From contig CAVYTA010000008.1 in assembly GCA_963771355.1 (NCBI GenBank), forward strand, positions 64,001 through 128,000: DNA of 64,000 nt, written 5' to 3'. Below are positions 33,086 to 45,487 of the stretch, piece by piece. The notes beneath the pieces are model-generated. The model searched no databases, was not told the origin of the DNA, and worked only from the letters and a program-made list of their open reading frames with translations. The stretch is from an uncultured Candidatus Rokubacteria bacterium (GTDB lineage: Bacteria > Methylomirabilota > Methylomirabilia > Rokubacteriales > CSP1-6). The stretch's first letter is position 1, and each line of letters opens with the position of its first letter. Position numbers and translations under genes: made by a program.

Positions 33086-34768
33086 TCAGCCGCGATGACG
33101 CAGCACGGCACCGGGCCAGGCCCCGGTGTGGGCCCCATCCCGGTAGAGTACCTGCCCGTTGACGAGAGTGGCATGGATACCCCGGGCCTGGGCGACCAGT
33201 CGCTTGCCGCCACCGGGCAGGTCATGGACGTACTCCGGCGCCACGTCGTCCACCGTATCCGGGTCGAAGAGGACCAGGTCGGCCACCCGGCCGGGAGCGA
33301 TCACGCCCCGATCGGGAATGCCGAAGAACGTCGCCACCTCGGAGGTGAGCCGCCGCACCCCCTCCTCGAGCGACAGCGCCTGCCGCTCGCGCACCCACTT
33401 GCCGAGGAGATAGGTGGCGTAGCCCGCGTCGCAGAGCTGATCCACATGGGCCCCGCCGTCGGACAGTCCGATGAGGAAGCGCGGATCGGTGACCAGGGGC
33501 CGCACCCCCTCCGGGTCCTGATTCATCACCGGGAAGTCGAACAGTGTCTCCAGTCCATCAGCGAGCGCAATGTCCAGAATGGTGTCGGCGGGGTCCTGGC
33601 CGCGCGCCTCCGCGATCTCCGCCACGGATTTTCCGGATAGCGCCAGAGCTTCCGCGCCCGCCGCGTCGCGCACGGTGATGCGGCGCCACTGGCCGCGGAA
33701 GATGCGGCGCCGCTCCATCTCCTCCTTCCACTGGGTCCGGAAGCCCTCGCTCGCGTACAGCGCGCGCTGCTCCACCTCCGTGCGGTTGAACGCCTGGCCC
33801 CACGTGGCCATGGTGGCGAAGATGAACGGGTTCTTGAGCGTGAACTGGATGCGGAGCGGCCGGCAGGACACCTGCGGCACCGCGCGCTCGCGGCCCAGCA
33901 GCGGCGCCATGCGCTGCACGACCTCCTCGTGGGCGCCCGGCGGCCGGCCCGGCCGCGCGAAGACGGCGAGATAGGTCACGGGTCGCCGGCTCTCGTCCAC
34001 CAAGAGCTTCAGCGTCGCGTATTCGTCGTCGGTGACGCGGTCGGGCAGCGAGGTGATGGCGGCCTCGATGACGCCGCGCCCCCGCGCGCGCATGGCTCCG
34101 CAGAGCGCCCGCAGCTCGTCGGCGCTCGCCAGCCGGCAGGCGAGCGGGCGGCCCTGGTCGCCGACATGATTCTGGAGAATGGTGGTGGACAGCCCGAAGG
34201 CACCCGCGTCCAGCGCCTCGCCGAAGAGCCGGCCCAGCGTGGCCGTCTCCTCCGCCGTCGCCGCGCGGTCGACGGAGGCCTCGCCGAGCACGTAGTGGCG
34301 CAGCGGCGTGAGCGGCACCAGCGGCGCCACGTTGATGCCCAGCGGCCGGCGGCCCAGCGCGTCCATGTACTCGCCGAAGGACTCCCACTCCCAGCCGATG
34401 CCGCGCCGCATGACGTCCAGCGGGATGGCCTCGACGTTGACGAGGTCGCCCATGAGGACCTCGCGCGCCTGGGGCCGGCAGGGGGCCACGCCCACCCCGC
34501 AATTGCCCATCACCACCGAGGTGATGCCATGCCACGATGAGCAGGTGAGGAGCGGGTCCCAGGCCACCTGCGCGTCGTAGTGGGTGTGCGGGTCGATGAA
34601 GCCGGGGGCCAGGACCAGGCCGCGCGCGTTCAGCCGCTCGCGCGCCGCCTCGCCGGGCCCGATCCCGACCGCGGTGATGCGCCCGCCGGAGACGGCGATG
34701 CCCCCGCGGCGTGCGGGCGCGCCGGTGCCGTCGACGATGCGCGCGTTGTCGATCACGAGATCATGCAT
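33086..34768 (-). CDS. N-acyl-D-amino acid deacylase family amidohydrolase
   Basis: PGFIDPHTHYDAQ, GNCG, SDGGAH and ADLVLFD motifs. Confidence 0.9.
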   Translation of the reverse strand: MHDLVIDNARIVDGTGAPARRGGIAVSGGRITAVGIGPGEAARERLNARGLVLAPGFIDPHTHYDAQVAWDPLLTCSSWHGITSVVMGNCGVGVAPCRPQAREVLMGDLVNVEAIPLDVMRRGIGWEWESFGEYMDALGRRPLGINVAPLVPLTPLRHYVLGEASVDRAATAEETATLGRLFGEALDAGAFGLSTTILQNHVGDQGRPLACRLASADELRALCGAMRARGRGVIEAAITSLPDRVTDDEYATLKLLVDESRRPVTYLAVFARPGRPPGAHEEVVQRMAPLLGRERAVPQVSCRPLRIQFTLKNPFIFATMATWGQAFNRTEVEQRALYASEGFRTQWKEEMERRRIFRGQWRRITVRDAAGAEALALSGKSVAEIAEARGQDPADTILDIALADGLETLFDFPVMNQDPEGVRPLVTDPRFLIGLSDGGAHVDQLCDAGYATYLLGKWVRERQALSLEEGVRRLTSEVATFFGIPDRGVIAPGRVADLVLFDPDTVDDVAPEYVHDLPGGGKRLVAQARGIHATLVNGQVLYRDGAHTGAWPGAVLRHRG

Positions 34769-36343
34769 TCGGCTGGCGCTCCTTGGCGCGGCCCGGGCTG
34801 GCCAGGCCGCGCACGTTCCAGATTCGCACCGGTCGGGCCAGACCCTTCAGGGCGAGCGGGCCGACGTCTTCCGCGTCGATCAGATCCTCCACGACCCCCG
34901 CGACCTTGGCCGAGATGAGGATTTGCCCGGCGCCGGCCTCGCCGCAGAGCCGCGCGGCCAGGTTGGTGACGCTGCCGATGGCGCCGTAGTCCCAGCGCCC
35001 CTCGAAGCCGATGGCGCCGATGGTGGCGTAGCCCTGGGAGACCCCCACGCCGAGCCCGAGGTCCCAGCCGCGCTTGCGCCAGCCCGCGCTGAGGCCGGCC
35101 ACGACGTCGCGCATGGCCACCGCCATGCGGATCGCGCGCTGGGCCGGATCGGGAACCACCACGGGGTCGTTGAAGAAGACCATCATGCCGTCCCCGGTGA
35201 AGCGCTCGAGGGTGCCCTCGTGGGCGAGGACGAGCCGGCCCATCTCCGCGTGGTACTCGCGGAGCAGCTCCATGATCTCCTCGGGCTCGGCCGTCTCCGC
35301 GAACGCGGTGAAGCCCCGGAGGTCCAGGAACACCACCGTGACTTCGCGGCGGTGGGTCTTGAGCGGGTCGTCGGCGCCGCCGGCCACGATGAGCTCGGCG
35401 AGCTGGGGGGAGAAGAAGCGCTTGAGCCGCCCCAGGCGCTCGAGCTGTCCGACCTGCTCGGCCACGCGCTGCTCCAGCGTCTGGTTCATTTCCGCGAGCG
35501 CGCGGCGATGGCGCTGCTCCTCGTCGTGGAGCCGTTTCTTCTCCAGGCATGCGCCTACCCGCGCCTGCAGGAGCACGGGGTCGAAGGGCTTGCCGAGGTA
35601 ATCGTCGGCGCCGAGCTGGATGCATCGCACCACGCTGTCCATCTCGTCCAGCGCGGAGATCATGAGCACGGGGACGTCGCGCCGCGCGGGATCGCCCTTG
35701 ATCCGCTGGAGCACGGCATAGCCGTCCAGGTCCGGCATCATGACGTCGAGGAGGACGAGGTCGACGGGCGTCCGTGCGAGCACGTCGAGACCCGATTGCC
35801 CCCCCGCGGCGGTGAGCACCTCGTGGCCCTGACGGCGGAGGCGCCGGGCCAGCATGTCGCGGTTCTCCTCGCTGTCGTCCACCACCAGGATGACGCTGCG
35901 GCTCGACGGCGGCGCGGGCGCGGCCTCGGCCTCCGCGCTCGCCGTCCGGCCCGCGGGCGCCACGCCGCCGTGGCCGGAGCAGCTCGTGGAGGCGCTCGCC
36001 GGCCGCGCGGATTCGATCGAGGTCGGGCACCAGCGCGTCCGCGCCGGCCTCGGCGGCCTGCCGGAGGAGCGCGGCACGCCTCGGCGCGGACGCGCTCGAG
36101 GGGCGGGATGAGCGACCCGAGCGCGGCCGCGAGGTTGGGCGAGGCCGACGGCCCCTGCGCGAGCACCGTGTTCAGCAGGCCCAGCAGCTCGCGGGCATCC
36201 GCCCGGAGCGTCCCGAGCCCTGCCGCGAGGGTCGGACGGTCGCCCACCTCGAGCTCCTCGAGCAGCATCTCGGCGTAGCCGATGATGTGGTTCAGCGGCG
36301 TGCGCAGATCGTGGCGGAGCTGCGCGGCGGGCTCGATGCTCAC
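34761..36343 (-). CDS. HisKA-like + REC + class III adenylate/guanylate cyclase (two frameshifts near 36076 and 35975)
   Basis: HDLRTPLNHIIGY; VVDD...LLDVMMP...KPF; VFLDLRGFT, FTGDG and NLAARL motifs spread over three frames. Confidence 0.85.
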
Positions 36344-36717
36344 GCGCCGCCCGCCGGCCCGAGCAGGGCCTCGATCTTCTGGAGCAGGCGGGGAAGATCA
36401 ACGGGCTTGGTGTCGAAGTCGTCGCAGCCTGCTGCCAGGGCCTTCTCCCGGTCGCCGGCCATGGCGTGCGCGGTGAGGGCGATCACGGGAATCGTCCGCG
36501 TCTCCGGCATGGCCTTCACCTGGCGGGTGGCTTCCCACCCGTCCATACCCGGCAGGCTCATGTCCATGAGGATGAGCGCCGGCGCCTCCGAGCGCGCCAT
36601 CGCCAGGCCCTGCTCGCCGTCGACGGCGATGGCCACCTCGTAGCCGCGCTTGACGAGGCGACGGGAGAGCATGTCGCGGTTCATCTCGTTGTCCTCGACG
36701 AGCAGGATCTTGGCCAT
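36340..36717 (-). CDS. Single-domain response regulator (DivK-like)
   Basis: ILLVEDN, LMDMSLP, ALTAHAM and TKP motifs; start and stop overlap both neighbours. Confidence 0.93.
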   Translation of the reverse strand: MAKILLVEDNEMNRDMLSRRLVKRGYEVAIAVDGEQGLAMARSEAPALILMDMSLPGMDGWEATRQVKAMPETRTIPVIALTAHAMAGDREKALAAGCDDFDTKPVDLPRLLQKIEALLGPAGGA

Positions 36718-39700
36718 CAGGCTTTCGGCCTTCGGCGCGCCACGCTGGCCGCCACCAGGTCGCGCACTTCGGCCAGCAGCTCGTCGCGGCCGTGGGTGCC
36801 CTTCTGGAGAATCTTCTGCACGTAGCCGTTGAGCCGCTCCCGGTCGTCGTGGGACAGGTCCTTGGCGGTGACGACGATGATGGGGATGGCCCGCCAGAGC
36901 TCGTGGCGGCGGAACTCGGCGACGAACTCGAAGCCGTCCATCTCCGGCATCATGAGGTCGAGGAGGACGACGCTGGGGGAGACATCGCGCAGGCGGTCGA
37001 GCGCCATCCGGCCGTTGGCCGCCTCCACCACCTCGAAGCCCTCGCTCTCGAGCATGCGCCGGAGCAGTGCGCGGGCGCCGGAGTCGTCGTCCACCACCAG
37101 GACGGGCCGGTCGCGCCGGTGCTGCTTCAGCACCGTCACCAGCCGTTCGCGATCGATCGGCTTGGTGAGGTAGTCGGAGGCGCCGAGGGCATAGCCCAGG
37201 TTCCGGTCGTCGACGATGGTCAGCATGACCACCGGGATGCCGGCCACGTCCGCGTCGGCCTTGAGGGCGGAGAGAACGGCCCAGCCGTCCATCCCCGGCA
37301 TCATGACGTCGAGGGTGATGGCGTCGGGCCGCAGCTCGCGGGCGCGGCGGAGCCCTTCCTCGCCGCCGGCGGCGGTGACGACGCGGAAGCCCTCCCGGGT
37401 TAGGAAACGCTGCATCAGGTCCCGCACCGCCGCCTCGTCGTCGATTACGAGCACGGTGCCGATGCCCGATGCCACGGGCTCGGCCGGCGCGGCGGGCGCG
37501 GCGGCTTCCCCGGCCGCCTCGGCGACCCGAGCGGGCAGCCGGATCGTGAAAGTGCTGCCGTGGTCCGCCTCGCTCTCGGCGGTGACGTCGCCACCCATCA
37601 TCCGGCAGAGCCGCCGGCTGAGCGCCAGGCCGAGGCCGGTGCCACCATACCGGCGCGAGGTGGCGGCATCGGCCTGGGTGAATGCCTCGAACAGCCTGGC
37701 GAGCTGCTCGGGCGTCATGCCAATGCCGGTGTCGCTGACCGCGAAGGCGAACCACTCCTGACCGTCCACCAAGTCGCGGCTTACCGCCAGCGTCACCGCC
37801 CCACGCTCGGTGAACTTGCAGGCGTTGCTCAGCAGATTGAACAGGGCCTGGCGCACCTTGGTCAGATCCGCGTGCATCGAGCCGATCGCGTCGGGGCAGC
37901 GCACCTCCAGGCGATTGTCGTTCCTGGCCGCCAGGGGCTGGATCACCGCCGCGATGTCCTGGACCAGGCGCGCCACGTCGAAGCTCTCGAGGTAGAGCTC
38001 CATCTTGCCGGCCTCGATCTTGGAGAGATCGAGCACGGCGTTGATGAGCTCCAGCAGGTGCTTGCCGGCCGCGTTGATCTTCTTGAGGTCGTCGGTGAAC
38101 TGCTCGGCCCCGAGATCGGCGGCGTCCTCCTGGAGCATCTCGCTGTAGCCGATGATGGCATTGAGCGGCGTACGCAGTTCGTGGGACATGTTGGCGAGGA
38201 ACTCGGACTTGTGACGGTCGGCGGCCTCGAGCTGGCGGCTCTTGTCCCCGATCTCCCGGAAGAGGCGCGCGTTCTGGATGGCCACCGCCGACTGGGCGGC
38301 AAATGTCCTGAGCAGATCGATGACCTCCGAGGAGAACTCCCCGGGTGTCTTCTTGGAGACGGTGAGACCTCCGACCAGGTGATCCTCGCGCAACAGCGGA
38401 ATGCCCAGGAGCGCCCGCGTTCCCGTCTGCAACAGGACATCTCGAAGGTGGCCGCTGTACGCCCCCGCCTCGGCAATGTCGGCAACCTGGACCGGCTCGA
38501 GCGTCACGGCCATGCGCCCGGCGACACCCTCGCCCCGTCGGATCGGCGCCCGCCGGGCCACGTCAACCACTTCCTCGGCGAGATTGTGGGTGGCACGGAA
38601 CAGGAGTTCCTCAGCCCGCTCGTCGTACTCGTAGACCGTGCACGAGTCGGTGCCGGCGAGCTGGTTGGCGCGGGAGACGATCGTGCTGAGCACGGTCTCG
38701 AGGTCGAGCGTCGAGCCGAGAGCCTGGCTGACCTCGCCCAGCGCCTTGAGCTCCTGGACCGACCGGGTGAGCTGGGCCGTGCGGGCTTGCAGCGCGTCGA
38801 GCAGCCGCGCGTTCTCGATGGCGATGGCCGCCTGGTCGGCGAAGGTTTCCATCAAGGCGATCTGATTGTCCATGAATGGCCGGACCTCGTGCCTGTGGAT
38901 CACGATGACCCCCAACAGCTCGTCCGCCCTGAGCATGGGGATCACCAGCACGGTCCGGTAAGGAGCAACCTGCTGCCCAGCGTAGGTGTACTCGGGATCG
39001 CTCCGGATATCGTGGATGTGGATGGTGCGCCGCTCAAGGGCCGCACGCCCGACGCCGCTCCCGCGTCCGGGCGCGATGGGATTCCGCTCGGTGAATGCTC
39101 TCAGCTCCGGGGAGACGTTGTGAGTGGCCACGACGCGCAGAACCTGACCGTCGAAGCGGAAGATCAATGCGCGTTCGGCCTCGCACAGCCTGATCGCGTT
39201 CTCGGCCAGCGTCTCGAAGACCGGCTGGAGATCGAAGGTGGACCGGCCGATCACCTTGAGCAGCTCGCTGGTCGCCGTCTGCTGCTCGAGCGCGACCCGC
39301 AGCTCGCCGTTTCGCTCCTCCAGTTCGGTGAACAGGCGGACGTTCTCGACGGCGATGACCGCCTGATCGGCAAAGGTCTGGAGGAGAGCAATCTGATTGT
39401 CGGAGAACGCCCGTGGCGTTTCCCATATGTGGACGTTTATTGTGCCGATGGGGGACCCGTCACGAAGCATCGGCACCGCCAGCACGCTGGCAAGGCCGGC
39501 ACCTGCCACCGCACGCACGCTGTAGTCTCGATCCCCTCGGACGTCTGGAATATGAACCGGTCGGCCTGTCAGGATGGTCCGCCCGGACGCGCTTCCCATG
39601 TGCGGCGCCATCGGGAATACGCTTCGCAGGGCCTCGGCCTGCTCAGGGGCCGTATTGTCGAGAGATTGCAGGTGCATTAATTCGCCGTCATACCTCACGA

Positions 39701-42700
39701 CCTGGGCGCTACCGGCCTCACACAGCCTGCGGGCATTGTGGGCGATCGTGTCGAAGACCGGCTGGACGTTGGTCGGCGAGCTCGAGATCACGCGGAGAAT
39801 CTCGCTCGTCGCCGTCTGCTGCTCGAGCGCCTCGGTGAGGTCTGCGTTCTTGGTCTGCAGCTCGGTGAGCAGCCGCGCATTCTCGATGGCGATGGCGGCC
39901 TGGTCGGCGAAGGTCTCCATCAGGGCGATGTGGCCGTCTGTGAACCGCCGGACCTCGTGCCGGTAGATGACGATCACTCCGAGCAGCTCCTCGGCTCTCA
40001 ACATGGGGATCGCGAGCAACGTTCTGACAGGGTCCGCCACGTGCACCGCGTAGGTGACTTCCGAGTCGGCCAGCACGTCATGGATGTGGACTGTGCGCTT
40101 CTCGAGAGCAGCGCGAGCCGTGCCGCTATGGCGGCCGGGAGCAATAGGATTGCGCTCGATGAATGATTGCAACTCGGGGGAGACATTATAGAAGGCCGCG
40201 GCTCGCAGGAGCTGAGCGTCGAAACGGAAGATGACCGCCCGCTCGGCTTCGCACAGCCGGACCGCGTTCTCGGCCAGCGTCTCGAAGACCGGCTGGAGCT
40301 CGAACGTGGACCGCCCGATCACCTTGAGCAGCTCGCTGGTCGCCGTCTGTTGCTCGAGGGACACGCGGAGCTCGCTGTTGCGCCCCTCCAGCTCGGTGAA
40401 CAGGCGCACGTTCTCGATGGCGATCACCGCCTGGTCGGCGAAGGTCTGCAGCAGCCCGATCTGCTTGTCCGAGAATGGCGCCACGTGATCCCGGGCAACG
40501 AGGATAGTCCCGATGGGCACGTTGTCGCGAAGCATCGGGACTGCGAGAGCGCTTCGATAGCCGGTCGTTGTTGCGATCGGAAGCGTATATTCGGGATCCT
40601 CAAGCACGTCTGGCACCTGGACGACGTTACGGGTCAAGATCGCCCGTCCGCTCACGCTCCCCCGGCTCGGAGGCAGCGGGTATGTCCGCCCCAGCGCATC
40701 CAATCGCTCCGCGCTGAGGTTGTGGTGCGCCACGAGATGCATGAGCCGCCCGTCAAACTGAATGACGAGACCATTGACTGCCCCCGAGAGTTGCGTGGCG
40801 CTCGCGGCGATCGCTTCGAAGGTCGGGCGGACGTCGGTCGGGGAGCTGCTGATGACGCGCAGGATCTCGCTGGTCGCCGTCTGCTGCTCGAGCGCCTCGG
40901 TGAGGTCGGCGTTCTTGGCCTGGAGCTCGGTGAGCAGCCGCGCGTTCTCGATGGCGATGGCCGCCTGGTCGGCGAAGGTCTCCATCAGGGCGATCTGACC
41001 GTCCGTGAAGGGCTGGACCTCGAGTCTGTAGATCGTGATCACGCCCAGGAGCTCATCCGCTCGGAGCATTGGTATCGCAAGCATGGTTCGAGTGGGATCA
41101 ATCGTCTGCGCCCCGTAAGTGTATTCGGGATCGGCCTGGATGTCGTGAACGTGCGTGGTGCGCCGATCGAGTGCAGCGCGACCCGTGGTGCTTCCGCGTC
41201 CGAGGGGAATAGGATTCCTCTCGATGAAGCTCTTGAGATTGGGGGACACGTTGTGGGCGGTCACGACTCGCAAGACCTGACCGTCGAAGCGGAAGACCAA
41301 AGCTCGCTCGGCAGCGCACAACCGGACCGCGTTCTCGGCCAGGGTTTCGAAGACGGGCTGGAGATCGAAGGTGGAGCGGCCGATCACCTTGAGGAGCTCG
41401 CTCGTCGCGGTCTGCTGCTCGAGGGCGACGCGCAGCTCGGAGTTCCGCGCCTCCAGCTCGGTGAACAGGCGGACGTTCTCGATGGCGATGACGGCCTGGT
41501 CGGCGAAGGTCTTCAGCATCTCGATGTGGGCGGTAGCGAACCGTCCGGGTGCGCTGCGCTGGACAACGATGGTGCCGATCGGACTGCTATCCGCCCGGAG
41601 CATCGGCACGGCAAGCAGGCTTCGCCCGGCTGCCAGGTTGACCTGATATTCCGAGTCCTCCATCACGTCCGGGATTTCGGCGATGGCACACGTGAGAATC
41701 GCCCGCCCCGAGGCTTGTGAGTGGCTCGGACGCATCGGGTACGCTCGCCGCAGACCTTCCAGCACGTCTGGCGTCACGTCGTGTGCCACGACGTGAAGCT
41801 GCTCGCCGTCGAACCGATGCAAGACGCCGAAGCTCGCCCCGCACAGCTGCACCGCGTTCCGGACGATGGCATCGAACACCGGCTGGACGTCGGTCGGGGA
41901 ACTGCTGATGACCCGCAGGATCTCGCTCGTCGCTGTCTGCTGCTCCAGGGCCTCGGTGAGGTCGGCGTTCTTGGCCTGCAGCTCGGTGAGCAGCCGCGCG
42001 TTCTCGATGGCGATGGCGGCCTGGTCGGCGAAGGTCTCTAGCAGGGCGATCTGGCTGTCGGTGAACGGTCGGACCTCGTGTCTGTAGATCAAGATCACGC
42101 CCAGCAACTCGTCCGCCCTGAGCATGGGGACCGTGAGTATGGTTCGAAACGGGTCCACCTGCCGCGAGCCGTAGGTGTACTCGGGGTCGGTCTGGACATC
42201 ATGGATGTGGACGGTGCGCCGCTCGAGGGCGGCGCGCGCCGCGGCGCTGCTCCTTCCGGGCGCAATGGGATTCTGCTCGATGAAGGCTCTGATCTCGGCG
42301 GAAGCATTGTGAGTGGCTACAACGCGCAGGAGCTGACCGTCGAAGCGGAAGATGAACGATCGTTCTGAGTCGCACAGTCTCACCGCGTTCTCGGCCAGCG
42401 TCTCGAAGACCGGCTGGAGGTCGAAGGTGGAGCGCCCGATCACCTTGAGCAGCTCGCTGGTGGCCGTCTGCTGTTCGAGAGCGACGCGGAGCTCACTGTT
42501 GCGTGCCCCGAGCTCGGTGAAGAGGCGCACGTTCTCAATGGCGATGACCGCCTGATCGGCAAACGTCTTGAGCAGCTCGATCTGCTTGTCGCTGAAGGGG
42601 CGGACCTCCGTCCTGCGGATCAGAAGGCTGCCGATCGCCACCCCTTCGCGCACCAGAGGCGTCGCGAGTGTCGTGTGATGTCCTGCGGCTCTGGCCAGCG

Positions 42701-44193
42701 CCCGGCCTTCCGCGAACTCGGCTTCATCCGCCTCAGCGAGATTGTGAACATGGATCGGCTGCCGGTCGATGATCGCCCGGCCCATGACCGAGCCGCGGGT
42801 GAGCGGGAACGTCCGGCCCAAGACGCTGGCGATCGGTCCGTAATGGGCTGCGATCCGACCCGTCTGGCCTTCCACGAGCACGAGCACCGCATCGAAAGCC
42901 GCACATACTCGGGCTGCGTTCTCGGCGACGGTATCCAGCACGGGCTGAAGGTCAGTCGGTGAGCCCGCGATCACGCGCAGGATCTCGCTCGTCGCCGTCT
43001 GCTGCTCCAGGGCCTCGGTGAGGTCGGCGTTCTTGGCTTGGAGCTCGGTGAGCAGCCGCGCGTTCTCGATGGCGATGGCCGCCTGGTCGGCGAAGGTCTC
43101 CATGAGAGCGATCTGACCGTCGGTGAACGGCCGCACCACATGCCGGTAGATGAAGATCACTCCGAGCAGCTCATCCGCGCGCATTATGGGGATCCCGAGC
43201 GCGGTGCGAATGGGGATTGTGTCGGCCTGTGCGAGCCTGATAGGTGTGCTCTGGGTCGGCCTGGACATCCGGAATGTGGATCGTGCGTCGCTCGAGGGCG
43301 GCGCGCCCGGTGGCGCTGTTGCGCCCGGGGAAATGGGATTGCCCTCGAGGAACGCCCGGCGTCCGGCGGAGACATTGTGCGTGGCCACGAGACGGAGCAG
43401 CTGACCGTCGAAGCGGAAGATGGCGGCGCGTTCGGCCTCGCACAGCCTGACCGCATTCTCGGCCAGCGTGTCGAAGACCGGCTGGAGGTCGAAGGTGGAC
43501 CGCCCGATCACCTTGAGCAGCTCGCTGGTCGCCGTCTGCTGCTCGAGGGCGACGCGGAGCTCGCGGTTGCGTGCGTCCAGCTCGGTGAACAGGCGCACGT
43601 TCTCGATAGCGATCACGGCCTGGTCGGCGAAGGTCTGGAGCAGCGCAACCTGCCGGTCGGTGAAGGGCAGGGCCTCGGTGCGGCGGAGCTGGATCACGCC
43701 GATGGCAGCGCCATTCTTCAGCAAGGGAACACTCAGCAGCGTCCGGTGGCCGAACCGTTGCGCGTAGCGACTCCCCTCCGGGAACTCACCGATCTCGGCC
43801 TGCACGTCGGCAATGTGGATGGTCCGCGCCTCCAGCACACTCCGACCGGCGATGGTGCCTCGGGCGAGGGCCAGAGTGAACTCGCCGACCGGGTCTACGG
43901 CGATCGGCCCATGATGGGCGACGAGGAGGAGTCGGTCGCCTCGCGAGCCGGAAGATGGTGGAATCCTGGGCCTCGCAGAGGCGGCCCGCGCTGGCCGTCA
44001 CGGCGTCGAGTACCGGCTGGATGTCAATCGGCGAGCTGCTGATGATCCGGAGGATCTCGGCGGTGGCCGTCTGCTGCTCGAGGGCCTCGGCAAGCTTCGC
44101 CGCGAGCCCGTCGCTTCTCGCGCGCTCCTGCTCGAGCGCCTTGCGCAGCGCCTCGACTTCGAGGGCGAGATCAACCTTGGGCGCCGGCGCCAT
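36717..44193 (-). CDS. Giant hybrid sensor histidine kinase: 11 GAF + HisKA + HATPase + 2 REC (frameshift near 43943; compensating pair near 43325 and 43237)
   Basis: Ten FADQA plus one FAAQS GAF-terminal motifs; [27 protein letters not shown] and two receiver domains; N-terminus lies in ORF 43786..44196. Confidence 0.92.
38830..44080 (-). repeat. Five tandem double-GAF units of about 1.06 kb
   Basis: GATCACCTTGAG anchor at 39249, 40317, 41382, 42438 and 43506 (spacings 1068, 1065, 1056, 1068). Confidence 0.9.
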
Positions 44194-44374
44194 CACTTCT
44201 CCTCGGGAGCAGGGTACCGAAAGTGCCCCGAGAGTAGCCCGCCGCGTCAGGGCCGGTCAAGGCGCGGGGGCACGGCCGGCCGCCCCGGGCGCGGCCCGGG
44301 CGTCGCGGGGGCGTCGTTGACAAGGGCCCCCCGATGGCCGACGGTAGGGGCATCCCGGTTCCAGGAGGAACGCG

Positions 44375-45487
44375 ATGAAGTTCGGCCTCTTCTACGAGCT
44401 GTCGGTGCCCCGCCCGTGGACGCGGGAGTCGGAGCGCACCGTCTACAACAACGCGCTGGAGCAGGTGAAGCTGGCCGACGAGCTGGGCTTCGATCAGGTG
44501 TGGGCGGTGGAGCACCACTTCCTCGAGGAGTATTCCCATTGCCCGGCGCCCGAGCTCTTCCTCACCGCCTGCGCCATGGTCACGCAGAAGATCCGGGTGG
44601 GCCACGGCATCGTCGTCTGCGTGCCCGAGTTCAATCACCCCATCAAGATCGCCGAGCGCACCGCGGTGCTGGACATTCTTTCGGGCGGCCGCCTGGAGGT
44701 GGGCACCGGCCGCTCCGCCACCTGGACCGAGCTGGGCGGCTTTCGCTCCGATCCGGACATCACCAAGAAGTCCTGGGACGAGTTCGTCCGCTGCCTGCCG
44801 AAGATGTGGACGCAGGAGACCTATGCCTACGAGGGCGAGTTCTGGTCCATGCCCGAGCGCACCATCATCCCCAAGGTGTACCAGCAGCCGCACCCGCCGC
44901 TCTGGGTGGCGGTGACGAGTCCCGGCACCGAGCTCGACGCCGCGGACCGCGGGCTCGGCTCGCTGGGCCTCACCTTCGGCCAGTTCGCCGAGCAGGAGCG
45001 CCGCATCGCCGAGTATCGCCGGCGCATCCAGCTCTGCGAGCCGGTGGGCGACTTCGTCAACGATCAGGTGAGCACGGTGAACTTCCTCTACTGCCACGAG
45101 GACGACGAGCGCGGGCTCGCCACCGGCAAGCGCATGGCGGACTCGTTCAACTACCTCGCCTCCCAGCTCATCTCCGCCCGCGAGGCCTATCCCTCCCGGT
45201 CCTACCCGTCGCTGGGTCTCCTGCCGCAGCTTCGCCGCCAGGCCACCGGGCCCGACGCCGGCGAGCAGGCGGGCGAAGGCCTGGCGCTGGGGGGCCCCGA
45301 GCGCATCACCCGCGCGCTCAAGAAGTGGGAGGCGGTGGGAGTGGACCGGGTAAACTTTCTCCTGAACACGATGGAGATCATCCCCCAGGCGGACGTGCTC
45401 GCCAGCCTTCAGCTCTTCGCCCGCGAAGTCATGCCGGCCTTCCGCGACGCCAAGGCCGCCAACGGCGCCGCGAACGGGGGCGCGTGA
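44375..45487 (+). CDS. LLM-class flavin-dependent oxidoreductase
   Basis: WAVEHHF, LDILSGGRLEVGTGR and QQPHPPLW motifs. Confidence 0.92.
   Translation: MKFGLFYELSVPRPWTRESERTVYNNALEQVKLADELGFDQVWAVEHHFLEEYSHCPAPELFLTACAMVTQKIRVGHGIVVCVPEFNHPIKIAERTAVLDILSGGRLEVGTGRSATWTELGGFRSDPDITKKSWDEFVRCLPKMWTQETYAYEGEFWSMPERTIIPKVYQQPHPPLWVAVTSPGTELDAADRGLGSLGLTFGQFAEQERRIAEYRRRIQLCEPVGDFVNDQVSTVNFLYCHEDDERGLATGKRMADSFNYLASQLISAREAYPSRSYPSLGLLPQLRRQATGPDAGEQAGEGLALGGPERITRALKKWEAVGVDRVNFLLNTMEIIPQADVLASLQLFAREVMPAFRDAKAANGAANGGA

Noticed and set aside
38830..44080. Periodic repeats read as a CRISPR array or DGR template
   Set aside because: The repeats are in-frame coding linkers with a period of about 1 kb; no cas or reverse transcriptase genes are present
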